Below, piece after piece: positions 51,470-63,360 of a stretch of 64,000 nucleotides of DNA (positions are counted from its first letter, which is position 1; each line of letters opens with the position of its first letter). Location of the stretch: positions 8,476,317 to 8,540,316 of the forward strand of contig CM082595.2 in NCBI GenBank assembly GCA_040954595.2, read 5' to 3'. The position numbers and the translations under genes are program-made. The stretch is from Balanoglossus misakiensis (taxonomy: Eukaryota > Animalia > Hemichordata). The notes below the pieces were generated by a model. The model was given only the letters and a program-made list of their open reading frames with translations. It did no database searches and was not told the DNA's origin.

Positions 51470-53958
51470 TCAAATAATATCCATGTCCCAAAAACCACTG
51501 TTCAAAACTGCATTGAACTCACTTCTGAATTCTACGAAGTTGGCATATGACAATGGCAGTTCAAGCACATTGCCACATGTGTGAGCAACTGGACGACGTT
51601 GTAAACCATCAAGTTTAACAAATGACACTTGAATCGGCTCTGCTGTCATTATGTCACAACCAGTGCAATATCTCAGGAACTTCTTTAGAGTACTTTGTTC
51701 AAGTTCACGGATATATCGTTTTAAGTGATTAGCAACAGCCCTCTCATCATTATTCAAGCATTCGGCGATTTGAAGATGTTGTAGGACTTTCTTTGTTGTT
51801 GGTTTCTTGTCATTATACAGTCTATCCAAGTTCTCTTTGCCAATTTGTTTGCCTAATGGCTGTAAGATTGGTCGCCAACTATCAATGACAAACATTGGCT
51901 CTTGTACTATCTCTTTATGCGCTATTTCGTGCAGAATGGATCCAATGTTTTCTTTGGTTGGCAGTCTTTTACAGTCATGTCGGTCTAACACTTCAATTAA
52001 CTCATCTTCTTCTACTTCTTGAAAGTTCTTCATTGCAGCTTCAAATACTTCACGGTCCGATTCAGACAGGAAGTGATAATACACTTGAAGTAGACTTGCC
52101 TCTTCACACTTCTGGTCTCCAAACATTACTTCTTCCATGAATGGCTTTGCAAACTCAATAGGGAAGTAATCCATTTCCTTCCAACCCTTCATGATTATTC
52201 TTGCTACAGCTTCCCATTTTTCTCTTGGGTAATCATGCCTAATGAATGGCACCCGGCAATTCTTTCCAACTGTGCAACATTCATAGAACTCGGACCAAAA
52301 ACTTGTAAAACAGTCTCTCACAACTCCACTACCACTACCACGCTCAATATTACCTCCTGGCATAACCATGGCCACATTGATAGGACATGCCATAATCTTT
52401 GGATCTGAGAATTCTGAAATCATGTCATTCAAAACATCACTCCTGTGTATTACAAGTGTTCTAGTCTCCACTGGGTCTTGATCTTCACTGATATGACTGG
52501 TAGTGTCTTGGGGCTGGGATTGGCTAACAGGTTCATCATTTTCAAAGAACGGCAATGTAGAATCAAGGCTTTCTGCTGAGTTACTATTGGAACCCCGTGA
52601 TCCAAACTGAACAATGTTTGAATCATTATCACTAATCACCAGTGGTTCTGCATCAGAATCGACTGTCTCTAATGTGACTTCAGAACCTACGTCAGGGATG
52701 GGTTCAGACTGGAATCTGCTACAACTGGGCATACCATGATCATGGTGAACTGTATCTAGGATATGCTTATTGTGGTTTCCTGCACTTGGTACACCTGCAT
52801 CATTGCTCTCATCAGACAACATATCAATAGATTCCTGTGGAAGAGCTTGTGACTGTCCCTTGCTTGCTTGTCTCGTCTTTGCCGGTGGAACTGGCACATG
52901 CCTATCAAGTCCTGGATCAGGTAGATCAGCATCACTGCTGTCATCTGACAATGACACTGATTCTAATTGTGACTGCTTACTTGTTTGTCTGCTCTTCTTT
53001 TTAGGTTTCACTACCTGTTCACAGTCTTTTCTCTTTGTCATAATGTAGAAGCGGAGCATTCTAAATCCAGTTACTTCATACAATTCGCCAACGGTGCTTG
53101 TTTCATCAATTGTTCTTTCTCCTGAATCTCTTATGTCAACGTGATAACTGTCCATGTCTCCTCGCTGTGATACGCCGTTGGGGAAAAACAAATCTTTTCC
53201 TGTAGTCAGGAGATCAGCTTTCGTGCTCGACTTACTTACTGATATACACCTTGTTCCACCACCTTTTCTGGCTCGAACTTGCTTGTATTCTTTTTCAATG
53301 AAATCAAAATCAAGCCATCCTATTTCAATTTTCCGCTTTATTTTTGCTGCATGTGTATTACCAAATGGTCTTGGTCTAGTTGAGGCTTGTCCACGATTAC
53401 CTTTACTTGATTCTCCCTTGTCATCTGATACACTATCTGCTTTCCATTTCGAAGGCTAAATTTTTGTCTTATTTTTTTCAGTAGTTCTGACTTCCTGCTC
53501 TCTCTGGAACAGTACAAAATAATCTGCGAGAGAAGTCCACAGCAGCAACTCTGTCCCCATAAGATGTCAAATACTTAGATAACATCTCATCATCCATTAA
53601 GAGGATCACCGATGGATCAATCTGAAAATCAATTTAAAGCACATGGAATCTTAGTGCATGCATATTGGCAGAGGGTGCGGGGGGTCTCGCTAAATACATA
53701 CATACATACATACATACATACATACATACATACATACATACATACATACGGGTACATACATACAAACAAACAAACAAACAAAGATGGAAAGACTGTCAAT
53801 GAATATTTTTCCACCTACTAGCCTTAAAGCTCATTTAGCCATATTTACATATATGCAACAAGAACTAATAAAAAATTTACCTTTTCCTGTTCAAGTCTGT
53901 CAATTTCCTCTTCAGGCACTCTGCGTCGTCTAAGAAATTCATATAGTTTTTCTGCCAT
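51470..53958 (-). CDS. HECT-domain E3 ubiquitin ligase (G2E3-like) with SAM-like N-terminus; exons 53958-53881 and 53621-51470; apparent frameshifts near 53440-53520
   Basis: HECT motifs ERGSGSGVVRD, FPIEF, KFLRYCTG, RRPVAHTCGNVLELP (catalytic Cys). Spliced N-terminus MAEKLYEFLRRRRVPEEEIDRLEQEK|IDPSVILLMDDEMLSKYLTSYGDR; then GWLDFD..GGGTR..LFFPNG and an acidic linker. Confidence 0.8.
53694..53781. repeat. (TACA)n/(AAAC)n microsatellite in HECT gene intron
   Basis: Directly visible. Confidence 0.9.
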
Positions 53959-54220
53959 TTTGTCTGATCTGTTTGCTGAAGTAATATTTTTCTGTAAGGA
54001 AAATCAACAACAGTTAAATCAAAACTGATGTACCTAAAGACAAGCATGAAATAATGCATCAACTTGATTTTTATGAACAGTTTGGGAAATTTGAGAATAT
54101 TATCTCAGAAGGAAAAACTATCTACTTTCTCACCTTGAATAAAGTTGATATTTCACCAAAAATTACAGTGAAGCAAGAATTTTGTTCAGAATTTTTGGTG
54201 AGGAAACTTCTCAATTGTCA

Positions 54221-54522
54221 ACATACATACATACATACATACATACATACATACATACATACATACATACATACATACATACATACATACATACATACAT
54301 ACATACATACATACATACATACATACATACATACATACATACATACATACATACATACAATTTAAAATAATTTAGGGAGTGATTAAGACTTCAACTTGGA
54401 CTCTATTGATAATAATATAACTCTTTGTAATAAATGCCATCGGTGCTTAAATCTTCAATATTAAATCAAGTCAATCAATGTGCACAAACATTACACACAC
54501 ACTCATTAATACATAGAGACAG

Positions 54523-54562
<40 letters not shown>

Positions 54563-54905
54563 CCTATTTTGCTTTAATTTTTTTGTTTGAAACTTTCATA
54601 TCAACTGAAGAGTTGTTGACGTTTGACCTTGGATGTACTGAGGTCACCATACACACTCACATTTGTCTGTGTCATAATCACAGACTGAAGCAAAGTAAAA
54701 TAAATCACAGCAGCTGTACTGATGTTAACATTGCATTGTTTAATATTCAAGATCAAGTTAAAGTGCATTTATTTATTGGAAGAATCCAGTTATGGCAACT
54801 TGATCCTAGGCGATGTAACTATCCGCCCCACACACAAGTTGAATCATGTATGATATATGTTTCAAACAGCGCGGCATAAGGCCAGAGTTAGCCTCAAGTT
54901 GTGAT

Positions 54906-54943
<38 letters not shown>
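54221..54943. repeat. Microsatellites (ACAT)n 54221-54359, (CA)n ~54529-54559, (AT)n ~54909-54943
   Basis: Directly visible. Confidence 0.9.
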
Positions 54944-54946
<3 letters not shown>

Positions 54947-55380
54947 ATGGCATATGTTACATCATGAATCAAAAATCAAGCAAGTTAAGTTGAGTACGAG
55001 ATACTGACAAGAACGTCTCAGTCAACCTATTGCATGCAGCACATTGTCAACGTCGCGTCGATCGTGTTTGGCATGATCATGATGACGCTTGACGTGCAAG
55101 GCGACTCAATAGATTGCCACATCACAAACCAGTACAAATTGTGCATCGTGTGGTCATGTTACGTGTACGACAAATCTAACGGTTATGAGAAGGAGGTAAA
55201 ATCTCAACTTACCAACACTCAGTCAGTCTGATAAGATACGATGCAGCATGTAAGGCAGAATCCGACGAAAAGTCCTGGTACTAGGTCAAGCTAGTAAAAG
55301 AACGCCATATTCTCTGTACCGATACACCGCCCTCTCTGGACAGTCTCCGTACCAATACACCCGCCCTCTTTAGACAAATT

Positions 55381-55657
55381 TATCTCGAGATCTCGAGATA
55401 AAAAAATAAAAAGTCGGGAAAACGAATTGGAATTATCTCGAGATCTCGAGATAAAAAAATAAAAAGTCGGGAAAACGAACTTGAATTATCTCGAGATCTC
55501 GAGATAAAAAAATAAAAAGTCGGGAAAACGAATTGGAATTATCTCGAGATCTCGAGATAAAAAAATAAAAAGTCAGGAAAACGAATAGCATTATCTCGAG
55601 ATCTCGAGATAATTTTTTATTTATTGCGTATGTACATGTCCCCAACTGGCTTTCATA
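55381..55657 (-). repeat. Right TIR with five 20-bp palindromes
   Basis: TATCTCGAGATCTCGAGATA at 55381, 55434, 55487, 55540, 55592. Confidence 0.95.
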
Positions 55658-57620
55658 TAAAACCACTGCATCAGGTGAATCTCAATTTTTAAGAGCGATA
55701 CTTCAAACATGCAGCACTGTTTACAAATCGGGGTCAAAGGTTATACAAGAATAACCATGTACAGTTGGTATTTTTCGGATGTACCTCTGGCCATGGCCTT
55801 GGTCTATAAATTGTTCTTGACAACATATATTTTTAAAGATTTTGGTTTACTGAATTACATCTATAGCTTATAGTGATGGCTGTTTACCTAATAATTATTT
55901 TAACAACGCCAACTTAGCTGGCGCTGGATCGAGGGTACAGGACTATCCTAGGTCAAGGGTCAATCGTGAATGTTTTGGTCGCGAATCAGCTGATCTTTTA
56001 CAACAGCGTGTTACGCCCCTTTTTTAAATTTCTCATGAGTGGAGACGTCAGTGAAAGAACATATTTCGGATAATGGAGCATTCTTGGCAGTGTTTTCAAA
56101 GGGTTTCGCAACCTTTCTACATGGGACGCGGCGGCGCTTGGCAGAACTTTGCGAGGTGGTCGTCATCACAGGTCGCACCGTAGTTGAGAGAGAGAGCCAT
56201 GACACTGACAGAGCCGGGTGAGTGATTGAGATCCTGGATCAGTTGCCGTCACTCAGATCACTAGACATTCTCTCTCATTAGGGTGTAGCTACGGTGTTGC
56301 CACGGGACCTACGACGTTTTATCGTGACGTCGGTGTTGCCCCGACCGGCCAGGGAAGTATATCAGATATGATGAGTCCGGTGATGACTTGGCTTTACGGC
56401 AGTCGCTGTGCCTGTAGATAAAGGAAAGGAACAGTACAACGCGCCGCCAGTGTGATTAGCATCGCTTGGAGCAAGACTAGATGACAGACATCGCCAGGGT
56501 CGTTGGCAAGACCTTGGCGGGCAGAGATGTGTGACACAGGTCCTCCTACAGGTAAGCCAGTCTTAATTCTTTTACATGCTTTTCAGAGTCAGCTTTTTGA
56601 GATGGTGAGATCTCTGTCGTGTGGTTTCTCTGTGTGACCTTTAGCTCTGCATACAGCCGGGAACACACAGACCTGTACGCAGAGCTATGTGACCTTCTGA
56701 GTCATATAATAATGTCACATTTAGTACTACTATGGAAACACAGCTAGGGGGAGGGTGGAGGGGGGGGGGGGTCTATGCTGGTTTCCCCCATCATAGACCC
56801 ACCCGTGACCCCCACCACAAAAATCTGTAGTGAAACAACAGCCAAACCAGTGCACTATATCACAGTCCCTCTATTACATACTGTGACTGTATAAGCTAAA
56901 AAATAAGACATTCACTTTTTGAAATAAACATTTCTCTGTTAATTATCTCTGAAAGCTTGATATAGGAGAACATTTCGGTTACTTCAATGTCACCATTGTT
57001 TTCACTACTATCACGTAACAAGCAATTTAAATTACCTTCGCAAAAAACAGTATGCTCTATGTTTTTTTGTTAACGCTTTGAGATGTCTGGCTCAAATCTG
57101 CGTGAATGCAAGCTGTCATAACTTTTGTACAAAGTAGTGTCTCATTTTTTTTAAAGCAACTAGCTTGATTTTTAAAATGAAAAAAACTTCTGATATACTA
57201 GGAATAGTAGGATTTATTCACTGCTCCAGAAGTTTTCTGAATTACAATGCACTTAACGGGACATTAGCTGTAACTTTTGGCTTTAATTGATGTACATATA
57301 TTTTTGTTCTGAGTATCAATGGGAATTTCTTGTTCTACTCCAAACAGCATGCTAATATACCCATTTATACTTCACTTGTCAACATAGCCCGTGAATGTGT
57401 AATGTTATCATTCACATTTTTTTACTACTGTTACGTAAATATGCAACATGTCTAAAAAATATGTTTTTATAGAATATATTTATTTATTTAGAGTAAAATG
57501 TTTTTGGTGACATTTAAATATTTAGTGGATGGTATTTTATACATCAATTGTGGGTTTCAACATATTGTTGGGAGTAGCACAAGAATCTTAAGTGGCCACA
57601 TAGAATTAATTTTCAACCTT

Positions 57621-57797
57621 CAGTAAAACCTGTCAAAACCAAACCCTGTCTAATCTGGAAACCTGTCTATACTGAACACCTTTTCAGTACCTTCGACATA
57701 GAATCACATGTTAAAAGAACCTTTACAAACTGGAAATGTCTGTAAACTGAACAATTTCTTCAGTGCCTTCAGTGTTCGGTTCAGACAGGTTTTACTG
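57621..57797. mobile_element. Tc1/mariner (pogo-like) MITE
   Basis: CAGTAAAACCTGTC..GACAGGTTTTACTG|TA; left TA is mutated. Confidence 0.65.
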
Positions 57798-57799
57798 TA

Positions 57800-58850
57800 T
57801 TTAATTTCTCACACTGCTGGCCGCTGGGAGTGTGGGATAGGATATCCCCGACGAGTGTGAGAAATACGATCTCAGGTCCTTGGTAGACTGTCGACAGTCC
57901 CTCGCGCCTAATGTGTATCGATACAGCGTTTCGTGCGAGGGCCGAAGGCCCGATTCGGCGTTTCGTGGTGCGAGGGCCGTGAGGCCCGAGGGACTGTTAT
58001 AGCTTGTAAGCCTTGCCTTGATATTAATTATGCATGCAGAAAATGACGTAGTAAAATTTGCATAAGGGGGCGTAAATCAGCGGCGAAACTATCGAAACAA
58101 CTAAAACTATCGATGACGGTTCCTCGGTAAATTCGCCGATTCTGTCCAAGAGAAAAGGTGCGATTTCATAAGCCAAATTTCCCACTGCCCGTTGGCGACG
58201 CAACAAAAACATCTTTGCCGTTGGTCAATGAGTTTATGACGTATATTAACTGTCAATCATTTTACAGGGGCATTTTCCCACAGTGCCCGTGTGAGGGCGA
58301 AACAAGGTATAACAGTCCCTCGGGCCACGCCCTCGGGCCTTACGGCCATCGCACCACGAAACGCCGAATCGGGCCTTAGGCCCACAAAAGATACGGGCCT
58401 TACGGCCCTCGCACGAAACGCCGAATCGATACACATTAGGCGCGAGGGACTGTCGACAGTCTAGTCCTTGGGAGTGTGAGATTCTATTATTCTCACACTC
58501 TCACTGAATCGAAAGCTGTATATGACGCGAGCGCTGATTGGTTGACAAAGAGTTCTTTCTCTTCGCGCACTAAATGTTATCCAATGGCGTGATGTGTATT
58601 ACAGGCACAGAACTATAACGTGCCCCCAGACGACAGTTCCAGAGTCATTTATTCAATGTTTTAACGAATTTGGCTAATTTGTGACCGTGTGAGAAAAATA
58701 ATCTCACACACCAAGGACCTGGGATCGTATTTCTCACACTCGTCAGGGATATTTTGTCCCACACTCGCCTGCGGCTCGTGTGTGACAGAAAATCCCCAAC
58801 TCGTGTGAGAAATACGATCCCAGGTCCTTGGGAGTGTGAGATTCTATTAA
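57800..58850. mobile_element. Hairpin-type non-autonomous element (Crypton-like, tentative) interrupted by a hAT MITE
   Basis: Long palindrome at ~58701-58843 centred on CTCGCCTGCGGCTCG; direct copy of GTGTGAGAAATACGATC(T/C)CAGGTCCTTGGGAGTGTGAGATTCTATTA at the left end, split by the MITE. Confidence 0.5.
57884..58463. mobile_element. hAT-type MITE (580 bp)
   Basis: Perfect TIR TAGACTGTCGACAGTCCCTCGCGCCTAATGTGTATCGAT; 8-bp TSD GTCCTTGG at 57876-83 and 58464-71. Confidence 0.9.
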
Positions 58851-60060
58851 TCCCAAATGTCATAGCAGCTGCCCCTTTAAAACAATTTCTTTAAAAAATG
58901 TGTTTCTAATAGATTTGGTCAGGTGGAAAAGTATGTCACATACTGTTTTCACTGAACACTGATGTGGTTGCAATTTTATTGACACAAATTGAATCACACT
59001 ATGCATCACATTAGACTTAGGGGTAAACCATTTTATATTTAGGAGAGTGCAGTTTAGTTTCTACTCTGCCTATTCTCTGATGTTTTTTCTTTACTATTTG
59101 GCAGAGGCAAAATGCAGACTAGTTATGGAAGTGTTCCTAAGTAACTATGCATAAATTATTTCTATTAATCTAAGCACATTATGTAAAATATAAATCAACC
59201 AGGTAGACTCATGTCTCCCCCTACAGTAATGGTGACAATTCTTTTTATAGTACCCAACTTACTCAAGTAAACACACTTAATGTTAGCAAACAGTCCTATA
59301 GATATAGCCTGGTCCCCTGTCCCATTCCTGCTGCTGGTAGTGACAGCAGGGTTAGAAAGTGGGCAGAGAACAAGAGTATCTTACAGGCCTCTTTCATGAC
59401 CCCTGTGTGACCTTACATCCTGGTGATTTGTTGGTTTGACATCATTCATCATTCAATGTTAAATACAACAGCTAATCTTTCTAACACAGGCAATGTTTAA
59501 CAGTTTTGTTCAAGGATGAGAAAAAATGCATTGATTTAATAGCGTGGTTGGTAAACTCGAAATTGTATACTCACACCGACAAAAAGCCAGGATGTAGAGG
59601 TCAAAAGGGGTCATAAAAGTGGCATGATATAGCACAGTTGCCAGTGGTGTAATGTTTATATAAACTGTGCAACTTCATTCATATTTCTTAGTGGCAGTAA
59701 TGTTATTATAAATATAAACTGACATCTGAAATCACTTTGCGATGTCGAAATTCAGTGGGAAGAAACAAACGCCAAAAGTTACCACATTTTATACTGACAC
59801 TTATTTGTTTTGTACAGTTTACCCTATGGATCCAGCTATCATAGGAATAGGTGCAATAATTGTAGCTTTGGTGGGCTGGTTGATCGCTTATGGGCTTGAT
59901 CAATCATCCCATCTAGGCTACAATTATTGCAGATATCATAGGAAGGGCACATTGGGAACCCCCCCCCCCCCTCACACACACACAGACACACACACACAAT
60001 TTGGGCGACAACACAATATATATATATGATGCAGTCTACAAGTTGCACCGAAATATCTTT

Positions 60061-60960
60061 AGGTCCCATTTGTACATACTGGTGGTACCTCATGAGATCG
60101 GTTGCGTCTGTATGGATGTATGTCCGTTCACATCAAAAACTTGAAAACCGCTGAGCATATAACCTCGATATTTGGTGTGCAGATGCAGGCAGGGCTGTAG
60201 ATGGGAGTTTGTTCAAATGAAGTTGTTGGGAAAAACGTAAATTTGGCCAAAACTCAGAAACTCAACAACCACTGGTCATATTGATTTGAAAATTGGTATG
60301 CATGTACCTTATATTAACCTCACACAGTTGTGTATGTTTTGAACTAATAGTTTGAATTTTCTATAATTTATGTATTTTTTTGTCTTTTTCCACATTTTTG
60401 GTAAAAAATCTACTTTTCTGGAATTGATGACCTGACTTCTTTGAAATTTAGTATGGGGCTTCATATAGGTGATGTGAGTTATCAAAGTTTTGTTTAAATT
60501 TGCTGCAAAATTTGCAAATTTATAATTTTGGTGCAAATTTTGCCTTTTTGATCAATTTTTTTCTGTAAAACCATTTGTCAGATTGCTTTGAAATTTGGTA
60601 GGCATAGAGATGTGTGTTTGTCAAATCAATTTGTAGAATTCAATAGTATATTTTTGGGGTGAATTTTGCCATTTTTGGTCAAAACTCTTTCTCAGAACCC
60701 TCTACCCCATTGCTTTGAAATTTGATTTGAAGGTTCCATGGTGAGTTGTCATGATGATTTACAAAACCTATGATGAAAGTGTCAATGTTTTGTGGGGGCA
60801 ATGTCTTGTATTTTGGGGGTATATTTACCAATTTTGATAAAAAATTATATTTCTCAGAAAGTGTACACTGTATGGCTGATTTCTATAAATTTTAGTTGTA
60901 AGTTAATGGGATTGGCTTCTTTAGAATTATTATGAAATCATATCATAGGTAATTTGGAAT
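60061..60960 (+). mobile_element. Diverged HINE-C relative (3' boundary uncertain)
   Basis: TTT|AGGTCCCATTTGTA..GGTTGCGTCTGTATGGATGTATGTCCG..CATCAAAAACTTGAAAACCGCTG..GCAGGCAGGGCTGTAGATGGGAG matches the HINE-C 5' region. Confidence 0.7.
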
Positions 60961-61846
60961 TTCTACTGGGCTTGCGTTTGATATTTTATTTTTTACGCGC
61001 AGTGCACGCAAAGAGCCAATTTTTTTTTCGTGAAATTGTACTTGAAATACGTGCAACAAAATAGCGATAGACAAGCAGGCTTTCAGATAAACATACTTGA
61101 ATGAGTTCTCCCTTCATGTCTAGATGGCCCAACACAAAAAATATCATTTAGAATGTAGCGAATAAAGTACATAAACATCATGAAAGAGACTGTGTACAGT
61201 GGTCCCCCCCCCCCCCCGATACATATTAAGTACAGACAAGGTATGGAATTCTTGTGTTATATCATCAAGGAAAATGACCCAGAAGCCCTACTTGCTTTGT
61301 TATATCTAATGGCTTCTGTGTGCATAAATTATAGCCCGACACGTGTCAAGTTTGTGGCCTAGGTTACCGCACGTACATCATTGTGCGTCCTGCTACAGCA
61401 TACAAGCGCGCGTACGCGTACATGTGTACAGGGCGCCTGACCGGCCAACCTTGACAAGGCGCTCCAGATAGCCTCGCCCGCTGTTATCTTTCAATGGATT
61501 TTTTGTGTGTGCATGTCACGCAACTGTGACAAAATATTTGCGCGCACACATTGTAGTTTTGTGTTATTTAGTGTTATTTTAAATGGGTGTCACACCGATT
61601 TAATCAGCCTCCATTCAAAGAGTACACAACAGTCGTGTTATGCATTAGCAAAAGATGATAAACTGATGCGGATACAATCAATATAGCTTAATGGTGATGA
61701 TTCTAAAGCAGAAGGCTAATTGTCATTAGTATCATACATGCAGAGCCTGAATTTGCCACTTTCTATTGTTCTCACCAAATTTAGTGTAATAACCCATAAG
61801 TACCACCCTCTAATTTTAAAGAACACTAATTATGGAAGCCCATTAA

Positions 61847-61931
61847 CCCTTTCACAACCAAGGTTCAGTCAAAACCCATTGTTTTCTATGAAAAGGTTTG
61901 ACCTGTATAGAAGGAACTTGGGGTGAAAGGG
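61847..61931. mobile_element. Short piggyBac-type MITE
   Basis: TTAA|CCCTTTCAC..GTGAAAGGG|TTAA. Confidence 0.7.
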
Positions 61932-62092
61932 TTAAAGGGACAAAGTCGCTCTTTTTGACTTTTGACTCACTTGCTTTTATTAGAGGTTCCTACCTTTAAA
62001 TGTTTCATAAAATGTTTAATCAAATCTGTCTACAATCAGAGTAGACATTGTTTACATATACCTTTTGTTAAATGATTGTTGTTGTATTTCAG

Positions 62093-62191
62093 ATTGTTGT
62101 CAGGAGCAGGTGAGAAATATGGTATGATTTCTGAAGGTCTGAGTACTGCATTGCAGTTATTTGACGATATGAAGAGTTTACGATATTCAAG
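62093..62191 (+). CDS. MED25: 99-bp internal exon resembling the MED25 VWA domain
   Basis: TTTCAG| and |GTAATT flanks; reads [30 protein letters not shown], similar to MED25 [30 protein letters not shown] (recalled, not searched). Upstream exons not recognised. Confidence 0.6.
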
Positions 62192-62409
62192 GTAATTATG
62201 GTAAAATTCTGAGTTTCAAGATCATTCTCTACATATGGCCCTGACTTTTTTTGGTGGTTTATCTGTTTTTGTAAAGTTCACCATGTCAACCAGGAAATGA
62301 TTCCATACAGACAGTGGAGTACAACTGAGATGTGAAGTACATTGAAACCTGCCTAGGAAGGACACCTCTGGGACCACAAAATGTGTCCTTAATAGAGAGG
62401 TGTCCTTAA

Positions 62410-63238
62410 AGGGACAAATTCTCTCCCTCGCTGCCCCTTTTCCATGAATTAGGTTTGTTACAGGGCACCATTTCTGTTATTCTACATGTGGATATATAGT
62501 GAATCAATGTTTCACCACACACAACTTCAACCCTGCTTGTAGCCACCAGAGTGATAAAAAACACACGCCAATAATCGGTCTCTATCATTTATTCATTTTA
62601 TGCGAGTTTTTATGCTCATATCATTCAAGTGGTATGGAAATTGTGTATGGTTGAACGTTCATTAACTACATATACACATGTACATTAATATAAAATGTCT
62701 CTTGTATCAAACATAATGGAAAAAATCGCGTCAAGGACACAGTGGTCCCATTGAGGGAATACTCAAGAAAAAGTCTACACCGGAGTAAATGGCGATATAC
62801 TGACAGACACACACACTAAATAGAACAGCTGGCCTCTTTAAAACTTAGCCAGTTATGTAATCATTCAGGAATTTCCTGTGTATATAAACAACTCAATAAA
62901 GTAAATACACACCACTTCGCAAAGCAATCTGACCAGTAGTTCTTGAGTTACTGAGTTTTGACTAAGTTCACATTTTTCCAGCTAATTTGCATATTTTTGG
63001 CAACGACAACTTCATTTGAACAAACTCCCATCTACAGCCCAGCCTGCATGTGCACACCAAATATCAAGGTGATACACACAGTGGTTTTCAAGTTTTTGAT
63101 GTGGACGGACATACATCCATACATCCATCCATACATACATACATACATACAGACGCAACCAATCCCATAAGGTCCCATGGTATATAGGCCTATACCAATG
63201 GGACCTAAAAAGGGCAGCGAGAGAGAGACTTTGTCCCT
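62410..63238. mobile_element. Kolobok-type MITE
   Basis: TTAA|AGGGACAAA..TTTGTCCCT|TTAA with TTAA at 62406-09 and 63239-42. Confidence 0.8.
62726..63206 (-). mobile_element. Short HINE-C copy nested in the Kolobok MITE
   Basis: Both HINE-C ends in reverse orientation (GCGTCAAGGACACAGTGGTCCCATT..TACCAATGGGACCT), inserted in an A-run. Confidence 0.85.
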
Positions 63239-63360
63239 TTAACAGAAATGTGCATGTAATATTCTATTCAAACCATTACTCTTGTCTTGAACAATCTTTC
63301 CTTAATAGAGAGGTGTCCTGATTAGAGAGATGTCTGTATTAATTGACAGGTTTCACTGTA

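Larger units (their letters stand above)
47703..55657. mobile_element. Full-length IS3EU-type DNA transposon (7955 bp)
   Basis: Perfect outer TIR TATGAAAGCCAGTTGGGGACATGTACATACGCAATAAATAAAAAATTATCTCGAG; exact 6-bp TSD TAAAAC at 47697-702 and 55658-663; TAT..ATA termini; integrase-type transposase inside. Confidence 0.88.
62340..63358. mobile_element. pogo/Tigger-like MITE hosting nested insertions
   Basis: TA|CATTGAAACCTG..CAGGTTTCACTG|TA; internal CCTTAATAGAGAGGTGTCC repeats. Confidence 0.65.

Noticed and set aside
53612-54370. HTYI/MYVC-repeat ORFs
   Set aside because: (ACAT)n microsatellite translations inside introns.
53992-55212. Antisense copy of HECT coding sequence in its introns, by analogy with the transposase
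   Set aside because: Looked for by eye and not seen; a dot-plot would be needed to exclude it.
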